IMG/VR virus record: IMGVR_UViG_3300032223_001420
Span: 1 to 64,000 of that record
DNA: 64,000 nt
Strand: one strand, 5' to 3'
Source: a virus
The notes under the pieces are model-generated. The model saw nothing but the letters and a program-made list of their open reading frames with translations, had not been told where the DNA came from and searched no databases. Positions 44,879 to 56,196 of the stretch are shown here, piece by piece. How positions within the stretch are numbered: position 1 is the first letter of the stretch; the number at the start of each line of letters is the position of its first letter. The position numbers and the translations under genes are program-made.

Positions 44879-47800
44879 ATGGCAATAACTACAAATTTTA
44901 ATGTTGATCCATACTATGATGATTTTGATGAAGATAAGAACTATCACCGTATTTTATTTAAACCAGGATACGCTGTTCAATCACGTGAATTAACCCAAGC
45001 ACAATCAATATTACAAGACCAAATCAAGAAGTTTGGTAATCATATGTTTAAGACTGGTTCAGTTGTTACTGACGGTCAAGTTACTATTCAGAATACTGCA
45101 TATTTGAATATCGCATCAACTTATTCAAACAATTCTATTTTGTATTCAAACTATGCGAATCAAGTAATTTTTAATTCAGCAAATACAAAACGTGCGTATG
45201 TTTTGGCTTCGTATGATGCCAGCCAAACAAATAAAGAGCCAATTACTTTTGTCATCAACCAACTATATGGTGATGCTTTTGTTCCAGGCGAAACTATATT
45301 TACTTCTAATACTACATCTAATTCAGTTACCTATTATGCAAATGTAGCAGACACATACGTAAATACAGCATCGTATACAGTAAGTCCAGTAGGCAACAAT
45401 CAAACGTTTTCTATTAATGAAGGTGTATTTTATTACGAAGGTTACTTTGTAAAATCTAACGCACAATCTATAGCGATTGATAAGTATAGCCGCATAGGTA
45501 ACGCAATTATTGGTTTTGAAGTTTCTGAATCTATCGTGAATTATACTTCAGATACTACATTACTTGATCCTGCACAAAGTTCATCCAACTATCAAGCACC
45601 TGGTGCTGACAGATTTAAAATTAGTTTAGCTCTTGCTAATCGCCCAATTACCAGTACCGACTTAACACGTTTTATTGAATTAGCTCAAGTTGCTGGTGGT
45701 GTACCACAAAAAGTAGTTCAGACTCCAATTTATGCTGCGATTGGTGATGAGATGGCTCGTCGCACGTTTGACGAATCTGGTGATTACATAGTTAAAGATT
45801 TTGAATTATCTATTACTGATAGTAGCGCAAATTCTGCATATGCAAACGTTGCTCTTGCTCCAGGTAAAGCATACATTAAAGGTTATGAATTTGGAACGAT
45901 TGCTCCAACTATTTTAACTATTCCAAAACCAAGAACAACTGCAACGATTTCTCAACAACATATTAATTCTGATTTTGGTTACTACATTTACGCTAATAGT
46001 CTCTTTGGTAACTTTGGTACTAACCAATATGCTAACGTAAACATTCTAAATGTAGACGCACAAACAGCTTCTGGACTTGTTATTTCTGGAACATCAACTG
46101 CAAACGTATCGAATCTCTCAAATACACTTATTGCAAATGCTAAAGTTAAATTGATGTCATTCTATTCTGTTGGTAACTCCAGCGGTTCGGTTGTCGATAG
46201 TAATACTTACATTTACAAAGTATTTTTAACTGACGTAAATACCAAAACAATTTTTAATACAACAACTGGTGCTGGCTATAATGTTAATACTGGTAGTACC
46301 GTAGCACCATACTCGAATATTGGTTTGCCGAGTGGTTTCCCACAAAACACAAACATCTATGTTGGTGCTACAGTTAGAATGACTGCGGGTGGTCGTGTTC
46401 TCGATGGTAATCGTATCGTTGTTGGCTACGATGCTGCAACAAGAAACATTACTGTTGATCGCCCATATACTGGACCAGTTACAACCAGTTCACAGTTTAT
46501 GCTTGATGCTGATTATAGATTGGGTGAATCTTTAGTTGTATTGAACACTGCTGGATTTGTAATTGCTTCGGCAAACGTTCATCCATCATCAAAAGATTTG
46601 ACGAATAAACTTCCTGGTGTTACACCAGATAACTATTGGCAACCAGTCGTTATTCAAGAGGCTGTGAGTGAACCTTTGTTGTTAAAAGTTGGACAGAATT
46701 TTGTAGCCGATAATACTATTTCTAATTTCTCGTATAGTTATAAACGTCTCTATCAAGGTATTTCGTTTACGTCTGGTGTATCTTCGCCTTTATCAATTGC
46801 TACTGGTGAAAGTTTACAAGGCGCAACAACAAACGCATCTAGACAACAATATTATACAATTATTCCAACAACCACAACTGGTGGATTTACAACTGGTTAT
46901 TCATTGAATTCTGCTGCGTTTACTGTAGATACTCAATCACGTACTTTAACAGTTTCGAGTGCATATGGAACACCATCATTCTCTGCAAACGTATATGCTA
47001 CAATCAACTCAGTAAACCCAACATCAAAAACTAAAACATATATCAAGGCAAATACAACATTAGTTGCTGCTGCTGGTGGTTCTGCTAATGATATTTTTGC
47101 AAATGCTACAGTTTTCGTTTCATCGTTAGATGGTCAAACACAAATTGCAAGTAGTTTGATTACCAAAACACCTGGTATACCACAATATCTTTATGTGACC
47201 GATGTTGATTCGATTGCCTCGATTTATGATTTTAATGGTACAGCAATTACACTGACATCATATAATGCACTTGATAAATCAGAAACTTCATCTGCTAACG
47301 TAACTTCACGTTATACATTATACACCGGTCAAAGAGATTCTTACTATGATTGGAGTGCGATTGTATTGAAGCCTGGACAATTGCCTCCAGTTGGACCTTT
47401 GTTAGTTCGTTATAATCGTTTCAAATCTACTGGCGCAGGTTTCTTCAACGTAGATTCATATACACGTTTAGGTTCACAAACCAATGGTGGTAGTGGTGTC
47501 GATTATGGACAAATTCCTATTTTCAGATCAGAAGATGGTTTCTTATACAAGTTATCAGACTACCTAGACTTTAGACCAGTTCGTAAAGATGCAACTGGTC
47601 CCGCAACAGCAAATGCATTTGTTTTGGATAACGAAGAAGGTGGAGTTGGTTCGAAAATTAGTGAACCAGGAATGGATATTGTAACAAACTATTCTTACTA
47701 CCTAAATCGTATTGACCGAATTGTTCTTTACAAAGATCGTTCGTTCAAAGTTCTTCAAGGCACACCAGCAGTTAATGCGGTCGTACCAGATGAGCCAGAT

Positions 47801-50800
47801 GGCGCTATGACTTTGTATATTCTTGCATATACACCGTATCTGACTTATCCAAGTTCAACACAGATTCAGCGTTTTGGTAACAAACGTTACACAATGAAAG
47901 ACATTGGTAACCTAGAACGCCGAATTCAAAACTTGGAATACTATACAGCATTAACTCTTGCTGAACTTGCTACGCTTCAGAAAAATGATAGCACCATTTT
48001 GGATGATAAAGGTCTTTCACGTCCAAAGAATGGTGTTTTAGTTGAATCATTTATTGATAGAAATAGTGCCGATATTACTGCTGTTGATTTTAGTGCAGCG
48101 ATTGATATTGCTAGAAAACGTATGTTGAATACATCCAATACTTATTATTGGGATTTGTTCTCTAACAACAGTACATCAAATTACAACATTCAAGTTAATG
48201 GACCAGTTCTAACTTTAGGTTCTACTAATGTAGCATGTATTGTTCAGAATAAAGCATCAAGAACTTTAAATATTAATCCGTTTAATATTGTTAATTACAT
48301 CGGTACAATTCGTTTAGACCCAGCATCAGATATTTGGCAATCAACAAACAGAATGGAATCACAAATTGTTGACTTGACTGGTGGTCAAGCAGCACGTGAT
48401 GCATATGCTTCGATGACAAATACTGTTTGGGGACCTGAAGAATATTCAACTGGTGTTTCGGATCAAGTTCTTTCTGAATCAACTAAACAAACAATAACGA
48501 ATAAGAAAAATACGAGTACCAAATCAGGAATTAATAAAAGTGGTCAAAAATTAGATGTTATTGGTGATGTCAATACAATTAAAACCCAACAGGTTTTAGA
48601 AACAACAACCGTAACAGCAACTAAAAATGGTGTGTTGAATCAAATTGTTCCTGTTGAATTGACTAAATCATTAGGTGATCGTGTGGTTAACGTTACCATG
48701 GTTACTTACATGAGACAGTTAAATGTTCTTGTTGTTGGTACTAAATTTAGACCAATGCAAACTTTGTATTCGTTCTTCGATAATGTAAACGTATCCGATA
48801 AAGTTGCAAGAACAAATCGCTTCACATTTGTGAATAACAATTTAAAATATCAAACTGCCATTGGTAACGCTGAAGCGGTTGACATTAAAGATGCAACAAC
48901 TGGCGCCACAATGGGTATTGGTGGTATTGTTTTAACTTCAAATAACAAAGGTTATATTGTAAGTATAACACCAACTCCAGCATATGGCACATGGGCAAAT
49001 GCAACAGGTGGCATCAATATTGTTGGTCGTAAGAGTGGTCAAACAAATAAAGTTACTTCTTGGAATCATTATTCTGGTACCGCAAGTAGCGCAACAGCTT
49101 CGACAATCGTTCTCAGTTATCATGCAGGTGGTTCAGCTGGAACGACTGATTATGCTGGTCAAACAATTTATATCATGGGCGGTACTGGCAAGGGACAATC
49201 AGCAATTATTTCTGCATATGATCCAACGACACGTACTGCAACAATCAACGGAACTTGGACAGTAACTCCAGACACAACATCAGCTTATAGTATTGGTCGT
49301 TTGGGAACTGATGAATCGGGAGGTACTTCGGGTGTATTCTTTATTCCTGATGCTACATTTAGAACTGGTGAAAAGTTATTCCGTTTAATCGATAATGAGT
49401 TTGGCAACATCGAACAATCGAAAACAAACGGTGACGCAAGTTTCTATGCACAAGGTCAAGTTAATACTGTTCAAGAAACGTCAATTTCTGTTCTTGTACC
49501 GAACGTTGTCAAACAAAGTGTTACAGATAGTCACGTTGTATCATCAAAATCTTCGGTTAAGAGTGTTCAATCTATTGATACACAGAAAAACGTTGTTGTT
49601 GGTTACTACGACCCACTTGCACAAACATTTTTGATTAATCCAAATCAATATCCACAAGGTATTGTAATTGATAGCATTCGTGTTTGTTTCAAAACAAAAG
49701 ATATCAACGTACCTGTAACTTTACAACTTCGACCAGTTACAAATGGTTATCCGTCTTCTTCTGTGATATACCCGTATGCTGAAAAGACATTAACACCAGA
49801 TCAGGTAACTACATGTGAAATACCTGATGTTACAGATGCTACAAAATACACCGAATTTAAATTTGATGTTCCTGTACTACTGTTACCCGGTGAACATTCG
49901 TTTGTTCTTATTTCAAATAGTACAGGATATGAAGCATTTGTTGGTGAACATAATGCTACTGATTTACGAACAAGCGTTAAGATTGCTGATCAGCCATATA
50001 GTGGTGTTCTATTCTTATCACAAAATGGTTCGACATGGGACCCAGATGATGAAAAAGATTTGATGTTCAGTATTCAACGAAGAGTATTCTCAACCGATCC
50101 AGGTTATGCATATTTTGAAACTGATATGACATCAAGCGCAGCATCAGCCGCAAATACTGTTTTTGATGCTATGCAACTCACATCAACTGATGCAGTTATT
50201 GCAAATACAAATATTAACTACGAATTCAGTACGAGAATGGTATCTGGTGGGCAACATGCTTACTTACCAGTTGTTCCAAACTATAACTATATGATGACTG
50301 ATGGATATGATAGACGAGTTTTAGATTGGACAACAGGAAATACAACATTTACAGTTCGTACAACATTACAAACATCGAATCCTGATGTTACACCAATGTT
50401 AGATATTACTCGTCTAAATCTGATTACGATTGAAAACAAGATTAATAATCTACCATTAAGAAACAATGACTTTGCAATTACCAGTTCTGGTTCTGGCTAT
50501 ACTGTTACATCTGGTTCGGGTGTTCCAGCATACTTAGTTATTACTGGAGGTGGTGGTAGTGGTGCTAACGCATATGCAAACGTCACCGGTTCAGGCACAA
50601 TCGATAGAATCGTTGTTGTAAATGGTGGTACAGGTTACTATTCATCACCAACAATTACTTTAACTGGTAATGGTACTGTTACATATAACGGCGAAGATAA
50701 ATCGGCGGGTGGCAATTCATTGGTTCGTTACATGACCAAAAAGGTTCAATTGTCAACAGGTTTCAATGCTGGCGATCTTCGTGTTTATATGGATGCATAT

Positions 50801-51145
50801 AAACCATCTGGTGCGGGCATTCTTGTTTACTACAAATTGTTATCGTTATCTGACCCAGAACCATTTGAGGTAAATACATGGCAGTTGATGACACAATTAG
50901 GTAATCTGAGTTTTGTTTCTGATGCTTTAGATACATTTACTGAATTAACATTCGCACCAGGAACATTTGGTAGTGGTTTGGCTGCAAATAAAACATCATA
51001 TACTAAGAATGGAACTTCCTATAATGACTTTATGACATTTGCAATCAAGATTGTTATGTATGGTTCAAGTACCGTAGATATTCCTAAGGTTAGAAATCTG
51101 CGTGTAATTGCGTTGCCACCAACAGCAATACCACAGTCTTCATAA
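44879..51145 (+). CDS. Large virion structural protein (DUF4815/VrlC-like)
   Basis: N..PYYDDF...KN.HR.LF.PG.AVQ.RELTQ.Q.ILQ.Q, APGADR, A.RT.DESG.Y, RYTM.DIG.LE.RI..LEYYT.L, DPLAQTF, P....LR.IAL. Confidence 0.85.
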   Translation: MAITTNFNVDPYYDDFDEDKNYHRILFKPGYAVQSRELTQAQSILQDQIKKFGNHMFKTGSVVTDGQVTIQNTAYLNIASTYSNNSILYSNYANQVIFNSANTKRAYVLASYDASQTNKEPITFVINQLYGDAFVPGETIFTSNTTSNSVTYYANVADTYVNTASYTVSPVGNNQTFSINEGVFYYEGYFVKSNAQSIAIDKYSRIGNAIIGFEVSESIVNYTSDTTLLDPAQSSSNYQAPGADRFKISLALANRPITSTDLTRFIELAQVAGGVPQKVVQTPIYAAIGDEMARRTFDESGDYIVKDFELSITDSSANSAYANVALAPGKAYIKGYEFGTIAPTILTIPKPRTTATISQQHINSDFGYYIYANSLFGNFGTNQYANVNILNVDAQTASGLVISGTSTANVSNLSNTLIANAKVKLMSFYSVGNSSGSVVDSNTYIYKVFLTDVNTKTIFNTTTGAGYNVNTGSTVAPYSNIGLPSGFPQNTNIYVGATVRMTAGGRVLDGNRIVVGYDAATRNITVDRPYTGPVTTSSQFMLDADYRLGESLVVLNTAGFVIASANVHPSSKDLTNKLPGVTPDNYWQPVVIQEAVSEPLLLKVGQNFVADNTISNFSYSYKRLYQGISFTSGVSSPLSIATGESLQGATTNASRQQYYTIIPTTTTGGFTTGYSLNSAAFTVDTQSRTLTVSSAYGTPSFSANVYATINSVNPTSKTKTYIKANTTLVAAAGGSANDIFANATVFVSSLDGQTQIASSLITKTPGIPQYLYVTDVDSIASIYDFNGTAITLTSYNALDKSETSSANVTSRYTLYTGQRDSYYDWSAIVLKPGQLPPVGPLLVRYNRFKSTGAGFFNVDSYTRLGSQTNGGSGVDYGQIPIFRSEDGFLYKLSDYLDFRPVRKDATGPATANAFVLDNEEGGVGSKISEPGMDIVTNYSYYLNRIDRIVLYKDRSFKVLQGTPAVNAVVPDEPDGAMTLYILAYTPYLTYPSSTQIQRFGNKRYTMKDIGNLERRIQNLEYYTALTLAELATLQKNDSTILDDKGLSRPKNGVLVESFIDRNSADITAVDFSAAIDIARKRMLNTSNTYYWDLFSNNSTSNYNIQVNGPVLTLGSTNVACIVQNKASRTLNINPFNIVNYIGTIRLDPASDIWQSTNRMESQIVDLTGGQAARDAYASMTNTVWGPEEYSTGVSDQVLSESTKQTITNKKNTSTKSGINKSGQKLDVIGDVNTIKTQQVLETTTVTATKNGVLNQIVPVELTKSLGDRVVNVTMVTYMRQLNVLVVGTKFRPMQTLYSFFDNVNVSDKVARTNRFTFVNNNLKYQTAIGNAEAVDIKDATTGATMGIGGIVLTSNNKGYIVSITPTPAYGTWANATGGINIVGRKSGQTNKVTSWNHYSGTASSATASTIVLSYHAGGSAGTTDYAGQTIYIMGGTGKGQSAIISAYDPTTRTATINGTWTVTPDTTSAYSIGRLGTDESGGTSGVFFIPDATFRTGEKLFRLIDNEFGNIEQSKTNGDASFYAQGQVNTVQETSISVLVPNVVKQSVTDSHVVSSKSSVKSVQSIDTQKNVVVGYYDPLAQTFLINPNQYPQGIVIDSIRVCFKTKDINVPVTLQLRPVTNGYPSSSVIYPYAEKTLTPDQVTTCEIPDVTDATKYTEFKFDVPVLLLPGEHSFVLISNSTGYEAFVGEHNATDLRTSVKIADQPYSGVLFLSQNGSTWDPDDEKDLMFSIQRRVFSTDPGYAYFETDMTSSAASAANTVFDAMQLTSTDAVIANTNINYEFSTRMVSGGQHAYLPVVPNYNYMMTDGYDRRVLDWTTGNTTFTVRTTLQTSNPDVTPMLDITRLNLITIENKINNLPLRNNDFAITSSGSGYTVTSGSGVPAYLVITGGGGSGANAYANVTGSGTIDRIVVVNGGTGYYSSPTITLTGNGTVTYNGEDKSAGGNSLVRYMTKKVQLSTGFNAGDLRVYMDAYKPSGAGILVYYKLLSLSDPEPFEVNTWQLMTQLGNLSFVSDALDTFTELTFAPGTFGSGLAANKTSYTKNGTSYNDFMTFAIKIVMYGSSTVDIPKVRNLRVIALPPTAIPQSS

Positions 51146-51153
51146 GGATAATT

Positions 51154-51390
51154 ATGTTTGTTCAAATTAAAGATAAAGAGTATCTCATTCGTGACTTGAA
51201 CAGTGGTGCGATATTAAATACTGATGAAGAAGAGTTGAAGGCATATTATGCACGTAGAGAACTTGCTCTAAAAGAGCATGAAGAAAAAGAAGTATTAACA
51301 AATAAAGTAAATAAACTAGAAGAGGATATCACGGACATCAAAGGGATGCTCCGTGAACTCGTACAGATGAGAATTCCAAATGGCAATTAA
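51154..51390 (+). CDS. Small coiled-coil protein, conserved after DUF4815 genes
   Basis: L.RD..SGAI.N.D...Y...R......L..DI..IK.ML. Confidence 0.75.
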   Translation: MFVQIKDKEYLIRDLNSGAILNTDEEELKAYYARRELALKEHEEKEVLTNKVNKLEEDITDIKGMLRELVQMRIPNGN

Positions 51391-51958
51391 TCAATTATCT
51401 ACAGCAAACTCGTTTTCGGAATGGTTAACCACAACTGGTTATTTGGTTAATGCTACGAATGCACTTACCGATAACGTAGGCGGTTCTGGATTTCTTGCCA
51501 ATACGTCACTGTTTATTCAAGGTACCGATGCATCGTTGAATGTAAGAACTCTTGCAAACATCAATACATTACAAGCAAATACAGGTAATATTGCTAATGT
51601 ATTTTTTGCAGGCAGCAACATTTACGTTCCTAAAAATATAACTGTAAATGGAAACATCACAAGAGCCAACATTACAAGTAATTTGTCGGTTGGTGGTGAT
51701 GCATTCATTTCTGGTAATCTTGTAGTTTCTGGTAATCTAACTTTAGATACTATTGGGTTTCAAGACTTACTTGTTTCCGGTTCTGCGAATGTAGTTAATA
51801 CGCTTTTTGTTTCAAGTAATTCAACATTTGTAAATGCGGTTTCCGCACAACATATATCACTAACAGGATCGTTTACTGGTCCACCAAATACGGCTATTTA
51901 CCAAGCGATTGCTACAGTAGATGCAGGCGCAATTGCATATGCTATTGCTTTAGGTTAA
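51380..51958 (+). CDS. Fibre/adaptor protein
   Basis: gp9/10-like N-terminus T.NSF.EW...T, beta-helix-like repeats, C-terminal AIAYAIALG. Confidence 0.65.
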   Translation: MAINQLSTANSFSEWLTTTGYLVNATNALTDNVGGSGFLANTSLFIQGTDASLNVRTLANINTLQANTGNIANVFFAGSNIYVPKNITVNGNITRANITSNLSVGGDAFISGNLVVSGNLTLDTIGFQDLLVSGSANVVNTLFVSSNSTFVNAVSAQHISLTGSFTGPPNTAIYQAIATVDAGAIAYAIALG

Positions 51959-51988
51959 ATAAATACATCATAAAATTAGAGGATTTTA

Positions 51989-52315
51989 ATGGCTAACTCG
52001 TTTAAAAATAGTTTTGTAAATGCAGTGGGTGGAACAAAAACTGCTGTATATACTGCTGGCGCTGGCATACAAGCTACAGTTATCGGCATGAGTATATCAA
52101 ATTTAATCAGCACTCCAATCTCAGTAAACGTTATTGTTACGTCTTCGGGAACAGATTATTACATGATTAAGAATGCTACGATATCTCCAGGTGGTGCATT
52201 AGTTCCAATTGGCGGTGACCAAAAATTAGTAATCAAAGCAACCGACTCAATTTCCGTAAATAGTTCAGTAGCATCTTCTGCTGACGTTATTCTTTCAATT
52301 TTGGAGATTAGTTAA
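51989..52315 (+). CDS. Small beta-sandwich virion connector, paralog 1
   Basis: MANSFKN...VYT.....ATVIG...N...G.QK.V....D.I.V...D..LS.LE. Confidence 0.7.
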   Translation: MANSFKNSFVNAVGGTKTAVYTAGAGIQATVIGMSISNLISTPISVNVIVTSSGTDYYMIKNATISPGGALVPIGGDQKLVIKATDSISVNSSVASSADVILSILEIS

Positions 52316-52773
52316 TGGCTTATATTGGTAACGCACCAGAATTAACCACTTATGTAATTTCCACTGACAAGTTCAATGGAACAGGTGCTTGTACACAATT
52401 CACATTAGCAAGAAATATCAGTGACGCAAATGCTTTAAGTGTTATTGTTAATGGTATTCAACAAACACCAATTCAATCATATACAGTTACTAATGGTGTG
52501 CTAACTTTTGACGAAGCACCTTCATCAGGTACGACAAATATCACAGTCAACTATCTTGCATCAAGTGTAATCACATATGCAAATCTTGGACCAGGACAAA
52601 TTTCTGCTGGTGCAGTAACATCAACATCATTAGCAACCAATTCAGTTACTACTGATAAAATTGTTGCTCTTGCGGTTACTGGAGATAAACTTGCTAATAA
52701 TTCGGTTTCTGGAAATAACATAGTATCACCAGCAGACATCTTTGATGATGCTTTCTTATTCGGCGGAATGTAA
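52315..52773 (+). CDS. Virion adaptor protein (MAYIGN type), paralog 1
   Basis: MAYIGN.P, V.VNG..Q.P..SY....L.F.EAP, 10-aa VT..K repeats. Confidence 0.7.
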   Translation: MAYIGNAPELTTYVISTDKFNGTGACTQFTLARNISDANALSVIVNGIQQTPIQSYTVTNGVLTFDEAPSSGTTNITVNYLASSVITYANLGPGQISAGAVTSTSLATNSVTTDKIVALAVTGDKLANNSVSGNNIVSPADIFDDAFLFGGM

Positions 52774-52789
52774 AAAGGAAAAATAACAA

Positions 52790-53128
52790 ATGGCAAGAGC
52801 ATATAAAATACTTGGTCAGAAGAATCCATCAGCAAATGTCTTAACGACATTATATACTGTACCGTCAAGTAACTCTGCAATCATATCTTCATTAGTAATT
52901 GCAAATCTAAACGAAACTGATGGTACAGGAAACGCATTCACTATAGCAGTAAATGTTGGTGGTGTTGCAATATCAAATACAAATTACTTAGCGTATAAAG
53001 TTAATTGCCCAACAAAAGATACAATTACTTTAACTTTAGGTATTACTTTAAATGCAGGTTCAATCGTTTCTGTTAATGCAAATGGTTCACTTATAGCATT
53101 CTCCGCATTCGGCACTGAAATTTATTAA
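52790..53128 (+). CDS. Small beta-sandwich virion connector, paralog 2
   Basis: YKILGQ..P....T.LYTVP......SS..I.N...LGITL......V......FSAFG.E. Confidence 0.7.
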   Translation: MARAYKILGQKNPSANVLTTLYTVPSSNSAIISSLVIANLNETDGTGNAFTIAVNVGGVAISNTNYLAYKVNCPTKDTITLTLGITLNAGSIVSVNANGSLIAFSAFGTEIY

Positions 53129-53138
53129 TGGAGTTTAA

Positions 53139-55733
53139 ATGAGTCTTCGTAGACTTGCTGTAAATCCTCTTTCGTCACAGAGACTTACTGCTGCTAGAAT
53201 TATCAATAACCTTTTATCTTTACAAAGATTATCGGTACCGGTACCATCGAGCATTGGTAGCATTTTTCAAGTAATTCAAATTTTTAATGGGACATCTACA
53301 TGGTCTGTTCCATCTGGAACAACTTTAGTTGACTATCTAATTGTTGCAGGTGGTGGTTCTGGTGGTTATCAAACTGGCGGTGGAGGTGGTGCTGGTGGAT
53401 TATTAACCGGAACAAATTTATCTGTAACTCCTGGACAAACTTTTACACTTGCGGTAGGTGGCGGTGGTGCCGAAACAACATCACCTTTAAGTAGAGGATC
53501 AAACGGATCGAATTCTGGAATTTATAGTTCATCACCATCACCATTTCCTGCTTTATGGTCTATTGGTGGTGGCGGTGGTGGTTATATAGCTAATGCTTAT
53601 GGTGGAGGTTCCGGTGGTGGCGGCGGTGGAGACGGTCCAGGACCAACAAATGCAGGAGCACCGGGTACACCGGGACAAGGTTTTGGTGGAGGTGCTGGAG
53701 CATTTTTATCAGCATCTCCAGGCATTCCAGGTAATCCAGGTTATCGTTTTGCTGGCGGTGGCGGTGGTGGCGCAGGTACTGCGGGTTTTGATGGATCAGT
53801 ACCTGCTCCAGCACCATTAGTAGTTACTGGGGGTAATGGTGGTATAGGAATTTTTTCAACCATCTCTGGTTCAAATACAGGTTATGCTGGTGGTGGCGGT
53901 GGAGCTGCTATGCTTACGTTACCGGGCAATCAACAAACAGCAGGATATGGAGCGATCACTACTGGTGGTGCTAACGGTTCCATTTATGGTGCAAATGCAA
54001 ATGCAGGAATTTCTGGAACAGGTGGCGGTGGAGGTGGTGCCTCAAATCCTGGTGCTGGCCCAGGATATGTTGGAGGTGGTAATAGCGGTGGATCGGGTGT
54101 CATCATTCTTCGTTATAGTGCATATCAAGCTGGCGCTTATATATTTTCGAATACGGGACAGCTTGTAATTCCTCAAGGTGTAACAGCAATCGATTATCTT
54201 GTTGTTGCTGGCGGTGGCGGTGGTGCATCTTCTGGAATTGGCGCTGGTGGAGGTGCTGGTGGATTATTAACTGGTTCTGGTTATCCAGTAATACCAGGAC
54301 AACTTTATACAATTCAAGTTGGTTCTGGAGGAAATGCTGGATATCCAATAGGTAGCCAAGGATCAAATTCTGGCATATGGAATACATCATCGGGAACCAA
54401 TATATGGACTAATGGTGGTGGTTATGGTGCAGCGGCAAATCCAAGTCCAGGAACTGGAAATGGTGGGGGATCAGGTGGTTCTGGTGGTGGTGCCGCTGGT
54501 GGTGCTGTACCTGTTGCTATTTATCCGGGCGGCGCAGGTACTCCGGGTCAGGGAAATAATGGTGGTAACGCAGGATTTCTTGCTGCTGGGGGCGGCGGCG
54601 GAGCAGGCAGTGTTGGTGTTGTTGGTTCTTCTGGCACAACTGGCAATGGAGGTCTTGGTATTTTCTCCAGTATAAGTGGAGCCAATACAGCATACGCTGG
54701 CGGTGGTGGCTCAATAGGCGGTCCAGGTCCATCTATCAGTTATGGTGGAGGAGGCAACTCTAGAGGACCTGGTTATTATGGTTCAACAAGTTCTTTAATA
54801 GCACCTTATGGTGCATTTATAGGTACGCCTTTTGGTGCGGGTAGTGGCAACACTGGTGAAAGTGGAGTTTCAGGAACGGGCAGTGGTGGTGGAGGTGCAA
54901 CTCCTCTGGCTGGTTCAGGTGGTTCGGGTATAGTAATCATTAAACCTTCTTCAATTCAAACTGGATATGCGACATGGACTTCTTCGAGCATATGGACACC
55001 ACCTGCCGGTGTTAGTTTGATTTCATATCTAATTGTTGCAGGTGGAGGTGGTGGGGGTCTAGCATCACCAAATGCTGGCGCTGGCGGCGGAGGTGGTGCT
55101 GGTGGCCTCAGAGCCGGATCAGGATTCCCTGTAACACCTACAGTGCCAATCACCGTAACAGTTGGTGCTGGCGGTGCTAGTCAAACAAACGGTTCAAATT
55201 CTGGAATTTATGGAACATCTCCATTTCCTGCTATTTGGTCTACTGGTGGTGGACGAGGTGGCAACGATGATGGTGCCACATTTGCTGGTGGTCCAGGTGG
55301 TTCTGGTGGTGGAGCAGCATGTTCTGGGTTTGGCACTCCAACAAGTAGAATTGGTGGGCAAGGTAATTTAGGAGCATATACTCCAGCCGAAGGAACAGGT
55401 GGTGGTTCTGGAACAAGTAATCCAGGTGCTGCTGGTGGTGGTGGAGGTGCTTCTGCGAACGGTATAAGTGGAACACCTTCTGCTGGCGGTAATGGGGGAG
55501 TTGGAATTTTCTCAACCATATCTGGCTCAAATACTGGATATTCTGGTGGAGGTGGTGGTGGTACAAATGCACCAATAACTATAGGCTATGGTGCATTTAC
55601 AAGTGGCGGTGCGAATGGAGTAACTTCGGGTACTGGTTCAAGTGCAGTATCTTATCAAGGCGGTGGTGGCGGTGGAGGTGCTACTGGTGGTGGTTCTGGT
55701 GGTTCCGGAGTTGTTGTTTTGAGATGGGTATAA
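53139..55733 (+). CDS. Glycine-rich putative adhesin with three tandem Gly-rich domains
   Basis: Three copies of W..P.G...(V/I)DYLIVAGGG...GGSG.VI. Confidence 0.8.
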   Translation: MSLRRLAVNPLSSQRLTAARIINNLLSLQRLSVPVPSSIGSIFQVIQIFNGTSTWSVPSGTTLVDYLIVAGGGSGGYQTGGGGGAGGLLTGTNLSVTPGQTFTLAVGGGGAETTSPLSRGSNGSNSGIYSSSPSPFPALWSIGGGGGGYIANAYGGGSGGGGGGDGPGPTNAGAPGTPGQGFGGGAGAFLSASPGIPGNPGYRFAGGGGGGAGTAGFDGSVPAPAPLVVTGGNGGIGIFSTISGSNTGYAGGGGGAAMLTLPGNQQTAGYGAITTGGANGSIYGANANAGISGTGGGGGGASNPGAGPGYVGGGNSGGSGVIILRYSAYQAGAYIFSNTGQLVIPQGVTAIDYLVVAGGGGGASSGIGAGGGAGGLLTGSGYPVIPGQLYTIQVGSGGNAGYPIGSQGSNSGIWNTSSGTNIWTNGGGYGAAANPSPGTGNGGGSGGSGGGAAGGAVPVAIYPGGAGTPGQGNNGGNAGFLAAGGGGGAGSVGVVGSSGTTGNGGLGIFSSISGANTAYAGGGGSIGGPGPSISYGGGGNSRGPGYYGSTSSLIAPYGAFIGTPFGAGSGNTGESGVSGTGSGGGGATPLAGSGGSGIVIIKPSSIQTGYATWTSSSIWTPPAGVSLISYLIVAGGGGGGLASPNAGAGGGGGAGGLRAGSGFPVTPTVPITVTVGAGGASQTNGSNSGIYGTSPFPAIWSTGGGRGGNDDGATFAGGPGGSGGGAACSGFGTPTSRIGGQGNLGAYTPAEGTGGGSGTSNPGAAGGGGGASANGISGTPSAGGNGGVGIFSTISGSNTGYSGGGGGGTNAPITIGYGAFTSGGANGVTSGTGSSAVSYQGGGGGGGATGGGSGGSGVVVLRWV

Positions 55734-55736
55734 ATA
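55729..55736 (+). promoter_or_regulatory. T4-type late promoter
   Basis: Exact TATAAATA upstream of ORF 55771. Confidence 0.7.
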
Positions 55737-55770
55737 ATGATTAGCAATTTTACTTTATAGGAGTGATTGA

Positions 55771-56184
55771 ATGAATAACAAAGAAATTGAATATGCACAT
55801 TACTTAATTGGTAACGATAATAAATTAGTTTGTGGTATCGACACAGCAATTAAAGCACTACGCCCAACCGCACGTTATGATATGGCAGCATCAGGTGGGC
55901 ATTTTACTTTTACTCGTTGGGAAGATGAAGCTGATACAAAAGCACCAACTAAAGCGGAGATTATGGCAGAGTTGGAATATCAGAATAAGTTTATTGAACA
56001 CAATCAGTATTTTTTAGATCGTGCTGCAAACTATCCCGATATTACTGTTCTAGTAAATTTACTTTGGGAAGCAATGGATAATAGTGAGATACCAGGCAAA
56101 GGAACAAAGTTTTATAATGCAATCAAAGAAGTGAATGAGAAGTTTCCTAAACCAGAAGGTGATGCTCCAGTAAGACCAACATAA
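55771..56184 (+). CDS. Putative tail-fibre assembly chaperone (XkdW-like)
   Basis: AI.ALRP.A.....W......PT..EI...Y...R...YP.....LW......FY.AI..V..KFPKP. Confidence 0.6.
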   Translation: MNNKEIEYAHYLIGNDNKLVCGIDTAIKALRPTARYDMAASGGHFTFTRWEDEADTKAPTKAEIMAELEYQNKFIEHNQYFLDRAANYPDITVLVNLLWEAMDNSEIPGKGTKFYNAIKEVNEKFPKPEGDAPVRPT

Positions 56185-56196
56185 CGAAAGAGTTAA